From assembly GCA_918797485.1 (NCBI GenBank), contig CAKKNE010000002.1, positions 3,720,001-3,784,000 of the forward strand: a DNA stretch of 64,000 nt. The letters are read 5' to 3'. This document shows positions 62,478 to 64,000 of the stretch, in pieces. The notes under the pieces were generated by a model, which saw only the letters and a program-made list of their open reading frames with translations, made no database searches and was not told the DNA's origin. A program made the position numbers and the translations under genes. The stretch's first letter is position 1. Every line of letters starts with the position of its first letter. This DNA is from Pelagomonas calceolata. Lineage: Eukaryota.

Positions 62478-63862
62478 ATGGCCGCAAATACGCTGCCCCC
62501 GGGCAGGCTGAAGTACCTGGAGGGCCTCGCGCCGGACCAGGCCACCTTCCAGAAGTACGTCGAGGATGAGGCGCGCTCGCGCGGCTGGGTAAAGCCCACC
62601 GAGCTGCTGCCCCGCGCCGCGCGGTCGCGCCGCGCGCCGCCGCCGTCCCCGGACCCCGCCCCCAAGAAACAGGGGCTGAAGAGGCGCCGCGAGACGTGGG
62701 AAAAGCTGCCCTCGTCGTCCCAGAAGCGCTCGCGCGGCGACGGCGCGGCGCGGCCGCGGGTCCTTCAGACCATAACAAACCGCGCCCCGCAGTCCCTGGA
62801 CAGCGTCGTCGTCGCCTGCGACGACGAGCGCGTCGAGGGCACCGCCATTGCCGTCGTCGGCGACACTGTGCAGGTCCAGCCGTTCGCGCAGGGCTCGGAA
62901 CCGCTCGTCGTGAAGAAGGAGGAGACCGCCGTCACGGTGGCGCGCGCTCCCGAGGCGCTCGAGGACGTCCTCGCCGCGCGACGGACGCCGTTCTTCGCCC
63001 CGAAGGTCGGACCCATCTTCTCGGGCGACTCGCTGTTGCTCAAGGACGGCAGCATGGTCGTCTTCCTGCAGCCCTCGTCGTCCTCAAGGATCGAGGTCTT
63101 GGAGCTCTACAAGATCGACGCGTTGCCCAAACACATCAACAGGTCGACTGCGTCCACCTGCGATGTCGTCCTCTCGTCGACTTCTAGAGAGGTCTCGGTG
63201 ACCTCCGTCGTGGGGCCTGTGTGGGTCGTGTCGCAGGACAAGGCCAGAAGTGGTGCCTACGACGGCCTCGCGCGAGTCTACACCCTCGACCAGTGGTTTG
63301 ATGGTACGTCGCCGGCGCTGCGACCGCTTCCAGAGCGCTGCGTCGCGTCGCTGATCGACGACAGGCCGTCGACGATGAGCGGCTTGTGGGACTTGTTAAA
63401 CGTGCGCGTCGCCGTTGCTGATGCCGTCGGCGAGCTCCTCCGCGGGAAAAAAAAAGCGGGCGCCGTTACGACGTGCGTTTCGAAGTTGTGGCGCTGGGCC
63501 TACCTCCGCGCGTCGGGCATGTGGATCGGAAGTTCACGGCGAAGCGCGTCGTGGCGCGCGGGCGGCCAGGCGGCGCCGACGTGACGCGCCTCCAGTTCTA
63601 CCGTTTCGAGCGGTTCTCGCTTAGCGGCGATGACGTGGTGCGCCTGGAGAGCGAGTTCCGGATCTTGGCGCGGCGACGCGGTCTACGAGTACCCCTAAAA
63701 GGCGGCTTCAAGGAGACGAGGGTGCCGACGACGCTGGACGAGTTCAGCAAGCTCGTGCGGGTGACGTGCACTTACAACGTCGACACCGGCGAATTGAAGC
63801 TCAACGCCCGCTTCGAGGTCAAGTCGCCCGCCGAGGCCGGTGCCACGAACGCACAGATCTGA
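62478..63862 (+). CDS. Hypothetical protein with BAH-like segment; frameshift at A9 run near 63447-63455
   Basis: Coding-like frame from 62478 continues in the -1 frame (SGRRYDVRFEVV...) to 63862. Confidence 0.45.
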
Positions 63863-64000
63863 CGGCGCCGTCGCCGTTGCCACCGCCGGAGACGGCCGTC
63901 GAGCCGTCGCGCCCGTCGAAGACGCGCGTCCGCGACGGTCGTCGCGGAGTTGCAGATGAAACAGTTCGAGCTCGACGGCGTCGTTTACACTATCACGGCG

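Overview
Eukaryotic, very GC-rich, gene-dense nuclear DNA, most consistent with a pelagophyte alga (Aureococcus/Pelagomonas-like). This is an inference from plastid-type FtsZ and ABC1 kinase with signal peptides, a GH161-type glucan phosphorylase, and introner-type introns. About 25 protein genes are recognisable, including SPATA17-like, PRORP, FtsZ, L-type lectin, YKT6, GlyRS, GH161, a double-UBC E2, TAF1, NPRL2, RPN6, mitochondrial L3, an FG nucleoporin, FadE-like ACAD, a GARP factor, ABC1K, PAPST and an ET-bromo-Tudor-PWWP protein. The main signal is a family of small DNA transposons (TIR CTGTGTGGAAATC, 8-bp target-site duplication, TSD) that act as introns: the TIR supplies the AG acceptor and the TSD supplies a GT or GC donor. 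All seven introns I could reconstruct look like this family at different stages of decay. Highlights are (i) two elements stacked at one site with three TSD copies, giving an AG|GT zero-length-exon junction; (ii) a sister MITE with hAT-like CAGGG ends and no terminal AG, sitting in a dead retroelement; (iii) an unrelated 463-bp element with perfect 42-bp TIRs and an 8-bp TSD; (iv) a 23-bp semi-palindromic motif present 12 times, almost always just upstream of start codons; and (v) a strong TA/CTAG bias in intergenic DNA. All calls are by eye; no searches were run.
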